DNA of 64,000 nt from a virus. This document shows positions 1 to 7,636 of this stretch, in pieces. The notes under the pieces are model-generated. The model ran no database searches and was not told the DNA's origin. It saw only the letters and a list, made by a program, of their open reading frames with translations. How positions within the stretch are numbered: position 1 is the first letter of the stretch; every line of letters begins with the position of its first letter. The stretch lies in IMG/VR virus record IMGVR_UViG_3300045988_165521, one strand, 5' to 3'. Position numbers and translations under genes: made by a program.

Positions 1-195
1 TATTTTCCTGAAATAAAGTGTTGTATACAAGCAGTTAGATCTCTAAAACAAAACCATTGTAGTAATAATCAATGCTATAAGTCAACCAATTATTGTATTT
101 TGTTTTTACCTGCTTTCAATAAAAGTTGTCTTAAATATTATTTTTGGAGAGTTTCTTATCGTGTATTCTTAGAAGCTTCTTATGATAGAATATAA
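1..195 (+). CDS. Cys-rich small protein, tRNA-array paralog family (3' part; 5' end outside window)
   Basis: Frame 1 is open from the window edge to TAA 193-195. The tail ...CLKYYFWRVSYRVFLEASYDRI matches the Cys-rich body plus aromatic-Y-R-I/V tail of ORFs 291, 690, 928, 1145 and 10837. Confidence 0.5.
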   Translation, partial: YFPEIKCCIQAVRSLKQNHCSNNQCYKSTNYCILFLPAFNKSCLKYYFWRVSYRVFLEASYDRI

Positions 196-203
196 AATAT
201 AAT

Positions 204-276
204 TGGAATGTGGCTGAGTGGTTGAAGCACCAAACTGTTAATTTGGGTTACGTGGGTTCGAGCCCCACCGTTCCAG
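204..276 (+). tRNA. tRNA-Asn (anticodon GTT)
   Basis: Cloverleaf by eye: acceptor TGGAATG/CGTTCCA, anticodon arm CCAAA-CTGTTAA-TTTGG, T-arm GTGGG-TTCGAGC-CCCAC. Confidence 0.85.
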
Positions 277-290
277 CTAATATTAAACTT

Positions 291-551
291 ATGCAACAGA
301 TAAATACTTATGCAGAACTTAGAAAACTTAAACTAAATAAGTTATTCAAACATCCAACTTATAATATATATCAAGTTATTAAAAATAGAAATGCAGGATT
401 TTGTCAGGGTGGATCTAGTAATATTAACCAGTGTGGTTTTATGTATCGTACTAGTTTTAATAAGCCATTTTGTTATAGAGCATGTGTACAAGGAAAACAA
501 TATTTCTGGTATATAAAAATCAAATATAGAATTATACTAGATGATAAATAA
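291..551 (+). CDS. Cys-rich small protein, tRNA-array paralog family
   Basis: ATG 291 is used because the track start 210 lies inside tRNA-Asn. The N-terminus ELRKLKLNKLFKH parallels ELNKIKLNQLFKY of ORF 690. Four Cys, then YFWYIKIKYRIILDD. Confidence 0.6.
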   Translation: MQQINTYAELRKLKLNKLFKHPTYNIYQVIKNRNAGFCQGGSSNINQCGFMYRTSFNKPFCYRACVQGKQYFWYIKIKYRIILDDK

Positions 552-588
552 TTTGCTACAAATTTATTAACTTTTTGTGTTAAAATAC

Positions 589-679
589 GGAGGATTGAGC
601 CAAGTTGGACTAATGGCAGCACTCTTGAAAAGTGTAGGTCGCTTAAAACGGCGTGGGGGTTCGAGTCCCTCATCCTCCG
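589..679 (+). tRNA. tRNA-Ser (anticodon TGA, reads UCA)
   Basis: Acceptor GGAGGAT/ATCCTCC, anticodon arm GCACT-CTTGAAA-AGTGT, long variable arm, T-loop TTCGAGT. Confidence 0.85.
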
Positions 680-689
680 CAATAAATAT

Positions 690-935
690 ATGAAAACAGT
701 AGAAGATCTTACAGAACTTAACAAAATCAAGTTAAATCAACTATTTAAATATATAAATAACTATATATTCCAGGCTATTCGAAGTAAAAAACATTTCTAT
801 TGTTTTGATAATAAGAAGAATATTGGATGTAATTTATATAAGATTGGTCGTAGATGTAGCTTAGTTTGTATAAAATCTAAAGAAGAAAATTTCTGGTATA
901 TAAGAATCATATATAGAATTAGACTAGATGAGTAG
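690..935 (+). CDS. Cys-rich small protein, tRNA-array paralog family
   Basis: 81-aa ORF with four Cys and the tail NFWYIRIIYRIRLDE. Confidence 0.6.
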   Translation: MKTVEDLTELNKIKLNQLFKYINNYIFQAIRSKKHFYCFDNKKNIGCNLYKIGRRCSLVCIKSKEENFWYIRIIYRIRLDE

Positions 936-1161
936 AGATATTGTATTAAAATATTGGAAAATAATTAGATATAAAACTTTAATTATTCAATGTGTACCTG
1001 AAGGAACACCTATAAAAAGATTTTGTTATGAATCTTCTGTTGGAAAGCCATGTGCTTTTACAGGAAAGGCTTGTAGTGATTTTAAATGTATAGATAGAGT
1101 AGATGGTCTTCGAGTTAGGTATATTAAAATAGATCATAGAGTTTATGTCAGCAAAACATAG
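928..1161 (+). CDS. Cys-rich small protein, tRNA-array paralog family
   Basis: 77-aa ORF with multiple Cys and the tail LRVRYIKIDHRVYVSK. Confidence 0.55.
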   Translation: MSRDIVLKYWKIIRYKTLIIQCVPEGTPIKRFCYESSVGKPCAFTGKACSDFKCIDRVDGLRVRYIKIDHRVYVSKT

Positions 1162-1405
1162 AGTTTCTCAAATAATTCTATTATTTGGTTATAGATATCG
1201 ATTACATCAGGTTATTCTAGGTATACAAGGAGAATCATCGTGTTATATGAGTGTTATTAAAGGTAAATCTTGTATATTTCGTGAGTATAATAGAATAAAT
1301 GGTAAGACATGTTGTGTCGATATTGCATGTACTCCTTTAGAACGAAAAGATGATATTAGAGTACGTTATATTAAATTAGACTATCGAATTTATTTGTTTA
1401 AATAA
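1145..1405 (+). CDS. Cys-rich small protein, tRNA-array paralog family (start uncertain)
   Basis: Cys-rich ORF with the tail IRVRYIKLDYRIYLFK. The stop abuts tRNA-Trp. Confidence 0.5.
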   Translation: MSAKHRVSQIILLFGYRYRLHQVILGIQGESSCYMSVIKGKSCIFREYNRINGKTCCVDIACTPLERKDDIRVRYIKLDYRIYLFK

Positions 1406-1477
1406 GCACTCTTGATGTAACTGGTAACATGACAGTCTCCAAAACTGTTCTTTGGGGTTCGAATCCTTAAGAGTGTG
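1406..1477 (+). tRNA. tRNA-Trp (anticodon CCA)
   Basis: Acceptor GCACTCT/AGAGTGT (G1-U72), anticodon arm ACAGT-CTCCAAA-ACTGT, T-loop TTCGAAT, discriminator G. Confidence 0.85.
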
Positions 1478-1491
1478 CTTATATATAATTA

Positions 1492-1563
1492 GGGCTGTTA
1501 GTATAGTGGCTATTACATCTGGTTTGCAACCAGAAAACAGGGTTTCGATTACCCTACGGTCCA
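1492..1563 (+). tRNA. tRNA-Ala (anticodon TGC)
   Basis: Acceptor GGGCTGT/ACGGTCC contains the G3-U70 Ala identity pair. Anticodon arm TCTGG-TTTGCAA-CCAGA; T-arm AGGGT-TTCGATT-ACCCT. Confidence 0.85.
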
Positions 1564-1705
1564 CAATCTTCTGTAGATTAGGATTCTATACAGAAAGAGT
1601 ACTGTAATCTGTTAAGAGCTTATAAATCAGACGTTAAAGAAAAAAGTTTTCGGGGCTGAAGAGCCCTGCTATGAATCTAATCCTAGTAGAAATACTAGGA
1701 TTTTT

Positions 1706-1778
1706 GGAACTGCGGTGTGCTAGGTGCGCTCGCTGGACTGAAAATCCAGAGGTAAATGTTCGACTCATTTCAGTTCCG
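1706..1778 (+). tRNA. tRNA-Phe (anticodon GAA)
   Basis: Acceptor GGAACTG/CAGTTCC, anticodon arm CTGGA-CTGAAAA-TCCAG, T-arm AAATG-TTCGACT-CATTT. The D-arm region is irregular. Confidence 0.7.
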
Positions 1779-1867
1779 CACTATCGTCTTCCTTATTAAG
1801 TTTGGTAACACGTGCACTGCCTGTAAATCTTAATAATAGATATGCTTAGTACTTGTTTTTATTAATG

Positions 1868-1939
1868 GATGTATTAGCTCAGTGGTAGAGCTCTGGCAAG
1901 GAGTGCCAGAAGTCATAGGTTCGAATCCTATATGCATCC
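1868..1939 (+). tRNA. tRNA-like gene with aberrant anticodon loop AAGGAGT (nominal anticodon GGA, no U33); isotype undetermined
   Basis: Acceptor GATGTAT/ATGCATC, D-arm GCTC-AGTGGTA-GAGC, anticodon stem CTGGC/GCCAG, T-arm ATAGG-TTCGAAT-CCTAT. The variable loop is short, so it is not Ser-type. Confidence 0.6.
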
Positions 1940-2149
1940 CTTAAATCAAAAAATTATGATTATACCTCCAAATTTTTTAGTTAAAACTATTCCACTATAT
2001 AGTGAAGGAGATGTATCTACTCCACATGTAGTAATAAATTATCTTACAAGAAGTCTATTTTTATTCTTTTAAAATTTCCTCCGAATTGGAAATTGATAAA
2101 AGTTAAAGAAATAAAAGATAGAATTTTTATTAAAAATCTTGATTATAAG

Positions 2150-2245
2150 ATGACTATGGGTCTTATGGAAGCAAAACGAATTGTAGATGAATTAACTATA
2201 GAATATGATATGAATAATATCTATAGAATACGATTGGTAGAATAG
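2150..2245 (+). CDS. Possible mini-ORF carrying only the paralog-family tail (IYRIRLVE)
   Basis: ATG 2150 to TAG 2243-2245, overlapping the first 10 nt of the tRNA at 2236. Its tail resembles that of ORF 690. Confidence 0.25.
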   Translation: MTMGLMEAKRIVDELTIEYDMNNIYRIRLVE

Positions 2246-2307
2246 CCAAGTTGATAAGGCAGTGGTCTGCAACACCACGATCGCAGGTTTGAGTCCTGCT
2301 TCTACCT
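2236..2307 (+). tRNA. tRNA-Cys (anticodon GCA)
   Basis: Acceptor GGTAGAA/TTCTACC, anticodon arm GTGGT-CTGCAAC-ACCAC, T-arm GCAGG-TTTGAGT-CCTGC. Confidence 0.75.
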
Positions 2308-2310
2308 CTA

Positions 2311-2383
2311 AGCGAGTTGGAGAAGATGGTTACCTCGAGAGTTTCATAAGCTCTAGACCTCGGTTCAAATCCGAGACTCGCTA
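2311..2383 (+). tRNA. tRNA with anticodon CAT (Met, or Ile if lysidine-modified)
   Basis: Acceptor AGCGAGT/ACTCGCT, anticodon arm AGAGT-TTCATAA-GCTCT, T-arm CTCGG-TTCAAAT-CCGAG. Confidence 0.8.
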
Positions 2384-2400
2384 CACAAAATTTTAAAGTT

Positions 2401-2718
2401 ATGAGAAATATATTTAACGTACTTATATGGAATTTTAATACACAAACAATAGAAGAATATAATGTTATTCCATATTTTGTAAGAGAATGGAAAGAAGAAA
2501 AAGATAAATCTAAATTTAAGTCTTTTGATGATATTAAAGAATTTGTTAGAAGTAAATCTTTATATCAATTCTGGTCTCGATGTGAATATGAAATGATTGT
2601 TAAAGGATGGCCTGTAACTAAAAGAGAAATTAAATTAGATGTACATGAACAAATCATGATGAATCTTGATTTAGTTACACAAGTTTTTATAAATACTATT
2701 GGATGGAAAGTAAAGTAA
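2401..2718 (+). CDS. hypothetical protein
   Basis: 105-aa ORF, ATG to TAA, packed in the same orientation as its neighbours. Confidence 0.5.
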   Translation: MRNIFNVLIWNFNTQTIEEYNVIPYFVREWKEEKDKSKFKSFDDIKEFVRSKSLYQFWSRCEYEMIVKGWPVTKREIKLDVHEQIMMNLDLVTQVFINTIGWKVK

Positions 2719-2867
2719 AGAATATTTTGTTACTTTTAGAACAAAATGGATGATCTGATCTTATCGATAGTCGATGGGAACAACAGGTTAGAGAGGAAAT
2801 ATTAACAGCTTATCCTGATATTGATATAGATACTTTAGATAAGGTATTAGAAATTGTATTAATTTAA
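2703..2867 (+). CDS. hypothetical small protein (one in-frame TGA at 2751)
   Basis: ATG 2703 to TAA 2865-2867 is open only if TGA 2751-2753 is read through: MESKVKNILLLLEQNGWSDLIDSRWEQQ... Confidence 0.35.
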
Positions 2868-2879
2868 TTAGGATTACAA

Positions 2880-3155
2880 GTGAAAATAATTGTAAGTCCA
2901 GTTGACTATAATCACGATGAAACTGCAATTATATTTTACTGTAGAGCAAAAGATCGTGAGGATTATATGCGAGTATATGGTATTTTTGATACAGAACAAT
3001 TTGAAATTATTGAATCAAGAATTACTGATATAACTATTTTTAGAAAAATGGTTGAAAAACTTAACGATTTTGGATTTGAAAATGAAAAATATAAAGAAAA
3101 TAATCCTAATTTTGATATTAATATTGTTAAGCTCATGTGCAACAACAAAGTTTAA
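2880..3155 (+). CDS. hypothetical protein
   Basis: 91-aa ORF with a GTG start. Confidence 0.4.
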   Translation: MKIIVSPVDYNHDETAIIFYCRAKDREDYMRVYGIFDTEQFEIIESRITDITIFRKMVEKLNDFGFENEKYKENNPNFDINIVKLMCNNKV

Positions 3156-3221
3156 CTTAATGGTTGGTCCTACAGGTGAGGAACAGAAAACATATATAGA
3201 AAATATAAAACAGTATAAATA

Positions 3222-3470
3222 ATGATAATTATTATTTTCATTTTATTTTATTTACTTCCTATATTTTTAATTCATATCGTTGGATTATATTTTTGGAAGA
3301 AGCGCACTGATTGTGGGAAAACAATAGGAGATATGTATGAATATTATGATGCAGCTGATGGAAATCCTTTAGTAATTTTTACTTGGGTTCCTCTCGCTAA
3401 TATTTTTATATTATTAGCAGGACTTATTATATTTTTTATAAATTTAATGAGTAATATAAAAATTCGATAG
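3222..3470 (+). CDS. small membrane protein (paralog of 3472)
   Basis: Two hydrophobic helices. The central IGDMYEYYD motif parallels IGKIFEYWND in the next ORF. Confidence 0.5.
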   Translation: MIIIIFILFYLLPIFLIHIVGLYFWKKRTDCGKTIGDMYEYYDAADGNPLVIFTWVPLANIFILLAGLIIFFINLMSNIKIR

Positions 3471-3471
3471 G

Positions 3472-3735
3472 ATGTATACTTTTTTTGTTATTATTTTATG
3501 TTATATTATTCCTGTATTTATTAATGCTTTTCTTTTTGTTTTTGCTTATAAAGTAAGTCATAAAGAAAAGATTGCTATTGGAAAAATATTTGAATATTGG
3601 AATGATAAGTTTAGGGATAGTGATGGTGATAGTAGTCTTTGTCTATTTCTTTTTATTCCTGGAATGAATATACTATTTATACTCTATACCTTTTTCTTAT
3701 CATTGTATAACATATTTAAAAATATAGAAGTCTAA
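3472..3735 (+). CDS. small membrane protein (paralog of 3222)
   Basis: Same architecture as ORF 3222. Confidence 0.5.
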   Translation: MYTFFVIILCYIIPVFINAFLFVFAYKVSHKEKIAIGKIFEYWNDKFRDSDGDSSLCLFLFIPGMNILFILYTFFLSLYNIFKNIEV

Positions 3736-4115
3736 TGTTTACTTTTATTACAGGTCTAATTGCAGTTTTGGTATGTGGAGCTCTTATAGGATATGAACGA
3801 CAATTTAAATCTAAAATAATTGGAATTAGAACCTGTATATTAATTATGTTAGGTTCTTTTGTTTTTACATATATCTCAATTAAAATAGGTGGAGATCCGT
3901 CTAGAGTTGCTGCACAAATTGCTTCTGGTGTTGGTTTTATTGGCGCAGGTATAATATTTAAGAATGGAATTGATGATATTCGGCATTTAACTACAGCTGT
4001 ATTAGTTTGGGTATTAGCGGCTTTAGGTAGTTTAATTTCTCTTGGATATTTATTTGAATCGTTAATGATAACTGGAATAATCTATATAATCCTTAAAATA
4101 AAAATACTAAAATGA
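3735..4115 (+). CDS. mgtC: MgtC/SapB-family membrane protein
   Basis: GYERQ...IGIRT...GSF...QIASGVGFIGAGIIF...LTTA..VW..AALG matches MgtC family motifs. It ends at a TGA inside an ATGA overlap; if that TGA is read as Trp, the frame runs 17 more codons to a TAA. Confidence 0.7.
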   Translation: MFTFITGLIAVLVCGALIGYERQFKSKIIGIRTCILIMLGSFVFTYISIKIGGDPSRVAAQIASGVGFIGAGIIFKNGIDDIRHLTTAVLVWVLAALGSLISLGYLFESLMITGIIYIILKIKILK

Positions 4116-4369
4116 ACAAAATTGAAAAGCTGTACAGGTCTATGTATGAAAATGAATTACGTAAACTAAGAAAATGTGCAGAATCTGTTCAAAAACCTTC
4201 TCAATATGTTGTATTTAAAGCATGGAGTAAGGAAGTAATGGCTTACTTGTTTTTTAAAATAGATCGTTTAGATTATACTTGGGAATGGGAATATAAGGAT
4301 AAAATTGCAATGTTTATTCAGGATTGTCAAGAAATTGCTTTGCGAAAAGTAAAACTTAGTTCTAAATGA
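4112..4369 (+). CDS. hypothetical protein
   Basis: 85-aa ORF ending at a TGA within an ATGA overlap. Confidence 0.5.
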   Translation: MNKIEKLYRSMYENELRKLRKCAESVQKPSQYVVFKAWSKEVMAYLFFKIDRLDYTWEWEYKDKIAMFIQDCQEIALRKVKLSSK

Positions 4370-4613
4370 CAGAAGAAAGAAAACTTTGGTTATCAATATG
4401 TAATAATGATTTAAAGAAATTAGAAGCTTGTGCTGAATCTATTCAAACTGAAATTCAAAGAAATGTGTTTTGAATTGGAGCGAAAAGGTAAAGTGGAATA
4501 TTATCTTTAAATTAGATAAAGCTACTCGTTGGGGGCATAGTCCTCATAGAAGAGAAATTTCTTATATTATTTCTGTATATCAACAAAGAGTTAGAGAAAT
4601 GATGCTAGAATAA
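4366..4613 (+). pseudogene. Disrupted paralog of ORF 4112 (in-frame TGA 4471 plus a -1 frame change)
   Basis: The N-terminal part (KKLEACAESIQ) and the frame-shifted C-terminal part (NWSEKVKWNIIFKLDKA) both align to ORF 4112 (RKLRKCAESVQ, KAWSKEVMAYLFFKIDRL). The frames join at GTG TTT TGA. Confidence 0.4.
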
Positions 4614-4626
4614 ATATTAATGGTTT

Positions 4627-4698
4627 GCGTCGTTGGTGTTAGTGATAGCATATTAGACTTCCAATCTAAAGGGGAGAGTTTGAATCTCTTACGACGCT
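4627..4698 (+). tRNA. tRNA-Gly (anticodon TCC)
   Basis: Acceptor GCGTCGT/ACGACGC, anticodon arm TTAGA-CTTCCAA-TCTAA, T-arm GAGAG-TTTGAAT-CTCTT. Confidence 0.85.
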
Positions 4699-4720
4699 CT
4701 AAAGTGAATAATGAATATTG

Positions 4721-5449
4721 ATGAAAACTATTAAAGAACTTTCAGATAGACAAATTAAACTTGCGTGAATTAGTAGTAAAAGTTTATATGAAATTTGTAA
4801 AAAATTAGAAATTCACGATAATACTTATAATAGAAAATATTTAAGAGTTTGAGGAGTTAAGGAAGGACTAAAAATTCCTGTTTTTACACGATTTACTAAA
4901 ACAGATTATATAAAAAATCCTAAATTGTGTAAAAAATGTAAAAAACCTATTCCTTGAAATCAAAGAGAAAATAACTTCTGTTCTCACTCTTGTGCAACTA
5001 GTTATACAAATATAAAAAGAGGTGCTATAACTAGTGGTAAATATGTCAAAAATGCAACTAGTAAATGCTTAAATTGTGGAAAGGAAATTTTTGCAAGAAA
5101 TAAATATTGTAGTATTATTTGTCAAGTTGAATTTAAATATAAGGAGTATATTCAAAGGTGGAAAGACGGGAAAGAAACAGGAATGTCTGGTACAGATGGT
5201 CTTTCAAATCATATAAGAAAATATTTATTAGATAAGACTAATTATACTTGTGAAATTCCAGGGTGTGGATGCAATTTTATTAATCCTTATACTGGATTAT
5301 CTATTTTGCAAATTCATCATATAGATGGAGATGCAACTAATAATAAAGAGCAAAATCTTCAGGTTTTATGTCCTAATCATCATGCTATGACAGAACATTT
5401 TGGCTCCAGAAATAAAAATAGTACTAGAAAGTATCGTTATAAAAAGTAA
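4721..5449 (+). CDS. HNH homing endonuclease (free-standing; 3 in-frame TGA)
   Basis: A single frame from ATG 4721 with TGA at 4766, 4850 and 4955. Zn-ribbon CxxC pairs and the C-terminal HHIDGD...N...LCPNHH motif. Confidence 0.75.
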
Positions 5450-5476
5450 TTACCCACTCTAATAAATTTTAAAAAC

Positions 5477-6346
5477 ATGAAATCCTTATCTAAAATTTTT
5501 AATGCAATATATTTGTGTATAAGATTTCCATTCTTATATCCAAGAAATAGATTTTCAGATAAACATACAGTTTATATAAGATGGATGTCTAATTTAGTAT
5601 ACAAATACTATAGTAAGTCTTATTATGATATCAGTTTAGCTTATAAGTTTTATAAAGATCCTCAAGAATGTACTACTATTACAAAGCAAGTAATCTTCAA
5701 GGATAAATACAATTTTAAAGCAAGGCTTATACGTAATAATACTATTTTAAGATTTTATAGTGATATATTGAAAGAACCTTATGATTTTAATATACAAAAG
5801 TATGTGGGTGATAATTTTAAGATTTCAGGAATTACTGTAAGTAAATCAACCTTCAATAATATACCTGTTTTATATTATCATATACATAAAAAGGAAGTTA
5901 CTAATACTAATTATGGATTTAGTTATAAGAAGTTAGAATTTGTAGCTGATACCAAAAGTGTCAAGATCTATACTATTCTAAACTATATTTACGAAAATAT
6001 AATTCCTAAAATTTGTTTTATTCCAACTTATACAGAACTTAATAGTATGCCAATTGGTTGGAGAAAAGCATTTGGCATTCAAATGTGTAAAGAAATAAAA
6101 CAAGCTCTTAAAAAGCATAATTATTTATATAATTATAGAATTATGCAGATTAAAGAGAAGTACGGTTCTCTTCGTTGGTATGATGCAGGAGCTCCAGAAG
6201 AAATACAGACTATAATTAATAAGTATGAAGATATTTCTTATCATACATGTATAAGTTGTGGAAAACCTGCTAAATATTTAAGTACAGGGTGGATATGTCC
6301 TTATTGTGAAAAATGTGCTCCAAGGGGCAGTAAGTTAATGAAATAA
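5477..6346 (+). CDS. hypothetical protein with C-terminal CxxC...CxxC zinc ribbon
   Basis: 289-aa ORF with no TGA. Confidence 0.55.
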   Translation: MKSLSKIFNAIYLCIRFPFLYPRNRFSDKHTVYIRWMSNLVYKYYSKSYYDISLAYKFYKDPQECTTITKQVIFKDKYNFKARLIRNNTILRFYSDILKEPYDFNIQKYVGDNFKISGITVSKSTFNNIPVLYYHIHKKEVTNTNYGFSYKKLEFVADTKSVKIYTILNYIYENIIPKICFIPTYTELNSMPIGWRKAFGIQMCKEIKQALKKHNYLYNYRIMQIKEKYGSLRWYDAGAPEEIQTIINKYEDISYHTCISCGKPAKYLSTGWICPYCEKCAPRGSKLMK

Positions 6347-6678
6347 TGACTTTTAAAGAATTTTGTAAAGAACTATTAGAGGAGTATGGATATATAATAT
6401 TTCAATATGATAGTGTTATTTCTTTTACTCAAACTTTTCCTGATACAACTTGTGGATTAGGTGGAATAGGAGGACAAGCATTTACTGATGCTCAAATATT
6501 TATATTTGTTGATCAAAGTAATAGAAATGCTATTGTAATTGGTCCTGCATGGAGTTATTACATAGAAGGTATTACTGAAAAATTTTCAGTAGATTGTTGT
6601 AACCATCATATGGCTGGAATTAATAATATTGCAAGAATTAAAAAATATGGTGACATTAAAGAAATTAAAAGAGCTTAA
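6346..6678 (+). CDS. hypothetical protein
   Basis: 110-aa ORF. Confidence 0.5.
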   Translation: MTFKEFCKELLEEYGYIIFQYDSVISFTQTFPDTTCGLGGIGGQAFTDAQIFIFVDQSNRNAIVIGPAWSYYIEGITEKFSVDCCNHHMAGINNIARIKKYGDIKEIKRA

Positions 6679-7051
6679 GCAGATTAAGCGAGATAATAAG
6701 GTAATTTATAATTTGTTAAATACTATCATTGGAGAGTGTGAACAGATTAGTAAAGATCCTTCTTGTAGTCAGGTTATGGATGTTATACAGAAAATGTATA
6801 AAGATAATAAACAGACTATTAGTGAATGTTCGGTGGATAGAGTTGATCAACTTAATACCCTAAACGAAGAAAATGCTTTCCTTGAGAGTTATTTACCTCA
6901 ACCTCTTACTAAGGAGGAATTAACTGCACTTATTGGTTCACAATTAACTGCAGGTAACAATATGTCAAAAATTATGAAATATCTTTCAGAAGAATATAAA
7001 GGAAGATATGATGGCAAAGTTGCAGTAGAAATTATTAAATCCTTACAATAA
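6629..7051 (+). CDS. YqeY/GatB C-terminal-domain-like protein (start uncertain; ATG 6650 possible)
   Basis: FLESYLPQPLTKEELTALI......NMSKIMKYL....KGRYDGKVAVEIIKSL fits the YqeY family pattern. Confidence 0.65.
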   Translation: MQELKNMVTLKKLKELKQIKRDNKVIYNLLNTIIGECEQISKDPSCSQVMDVIQKMYKDNKQTISECSVDRVDQLNTLNEENAFLESYLPQPLTKEELTALIGSQLTAGNNMSKIMKYLSEEYKGRYDGKVAVEIIKSLQ

Positions 7052-7413
7052 TGTTAATTGTATTTATTATAATATTCATAGCTTTATATGAACTAATAAC
7101 AGTTATGTATTATGAAAGTCTTAAGATAAGACTTGTCAAAGTAGGCGCTTTTATAGATCATCTTAATACTTTTGGTTCTACAGAAGATAAACAAATTTTC
7201 TATAAGTTTTTAAAAGAAGTTAATACAGAATCTATTAGATGCAATGCTAAACTTGATATAACTATAGAAAATGCAAGTAAACCTGAACTTTGGTACAGAT
7301 ATCCTTCAAATCCTAATACCTTTAAAGAGTGTTTCAAACTTTTTAATTTATGTTTTTATCGAAATGTAGTTAAAGATTCAGTTGATAAAATAATTAACTG
7401 GTTTAAGAAATAA
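7051..7413 (+). CDS. hypothetical protein (N-terminal TM helix)
   Basis: 120-aa ORF. Confidence 0.5.
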   Translation: MLIVFIIIFIALYELITVMYYESLKIRLVKVGAFIDHLNTFGSTEDKQIFYKFLKEVNTESIRCNAKLDITIENASKPELWYRYPSNPNTFKECFKLFNLCFYRNVVKDSVDKIINWFKK

Positions 7414-7417
7414 AAAT

Positions 7418-7636
7418 ATGAAATTTTTACTTTGTCTAATTTGTTTAATTACAGTTAGTTGTAATGCTGTAATTGATCCTAAGTCAGAAACTATAAGATC
7501 TGAAGATGGATACTATATTGGTACTGCACATAAATTTAAGTTTGAAGGACATGATTATATTAGTTTTACTAAAGGTCATGGTGTAGCAGTTGTTCATAAT
7601 CCTAAATGTCATTGTAATCTAAATGAAGACTATTAA
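7418..7636 (+). CDS. putative lipoprotein
   Basis: Signal peptide with lipobox-like LITVSC. Confidence 0.5.
   Translation: MKFLLCLICLITVSCNAVIDPKSETIRSEDGYYIGTAHKFKFEGHDYISFTKGHGVAVVHNPKCHCNLNEDY

Noticed and set aside
473-730. Minus-strand ORF (85 aa) in the track, and similarly 1376-1564.
   Set aside because: They run antisense across tRNA-Ser and across tRNA-Trp/Ala. This is a composition artefact.
2719-2879. Short ATG ORF 2746-2805 (19 aa) in the gap after ORF 2401.
   Set aside because: The overlapping frame from ATG 2703 through TGA 2751 gives a longer, better-packed 54-aa ORF. Both remain low confidence.
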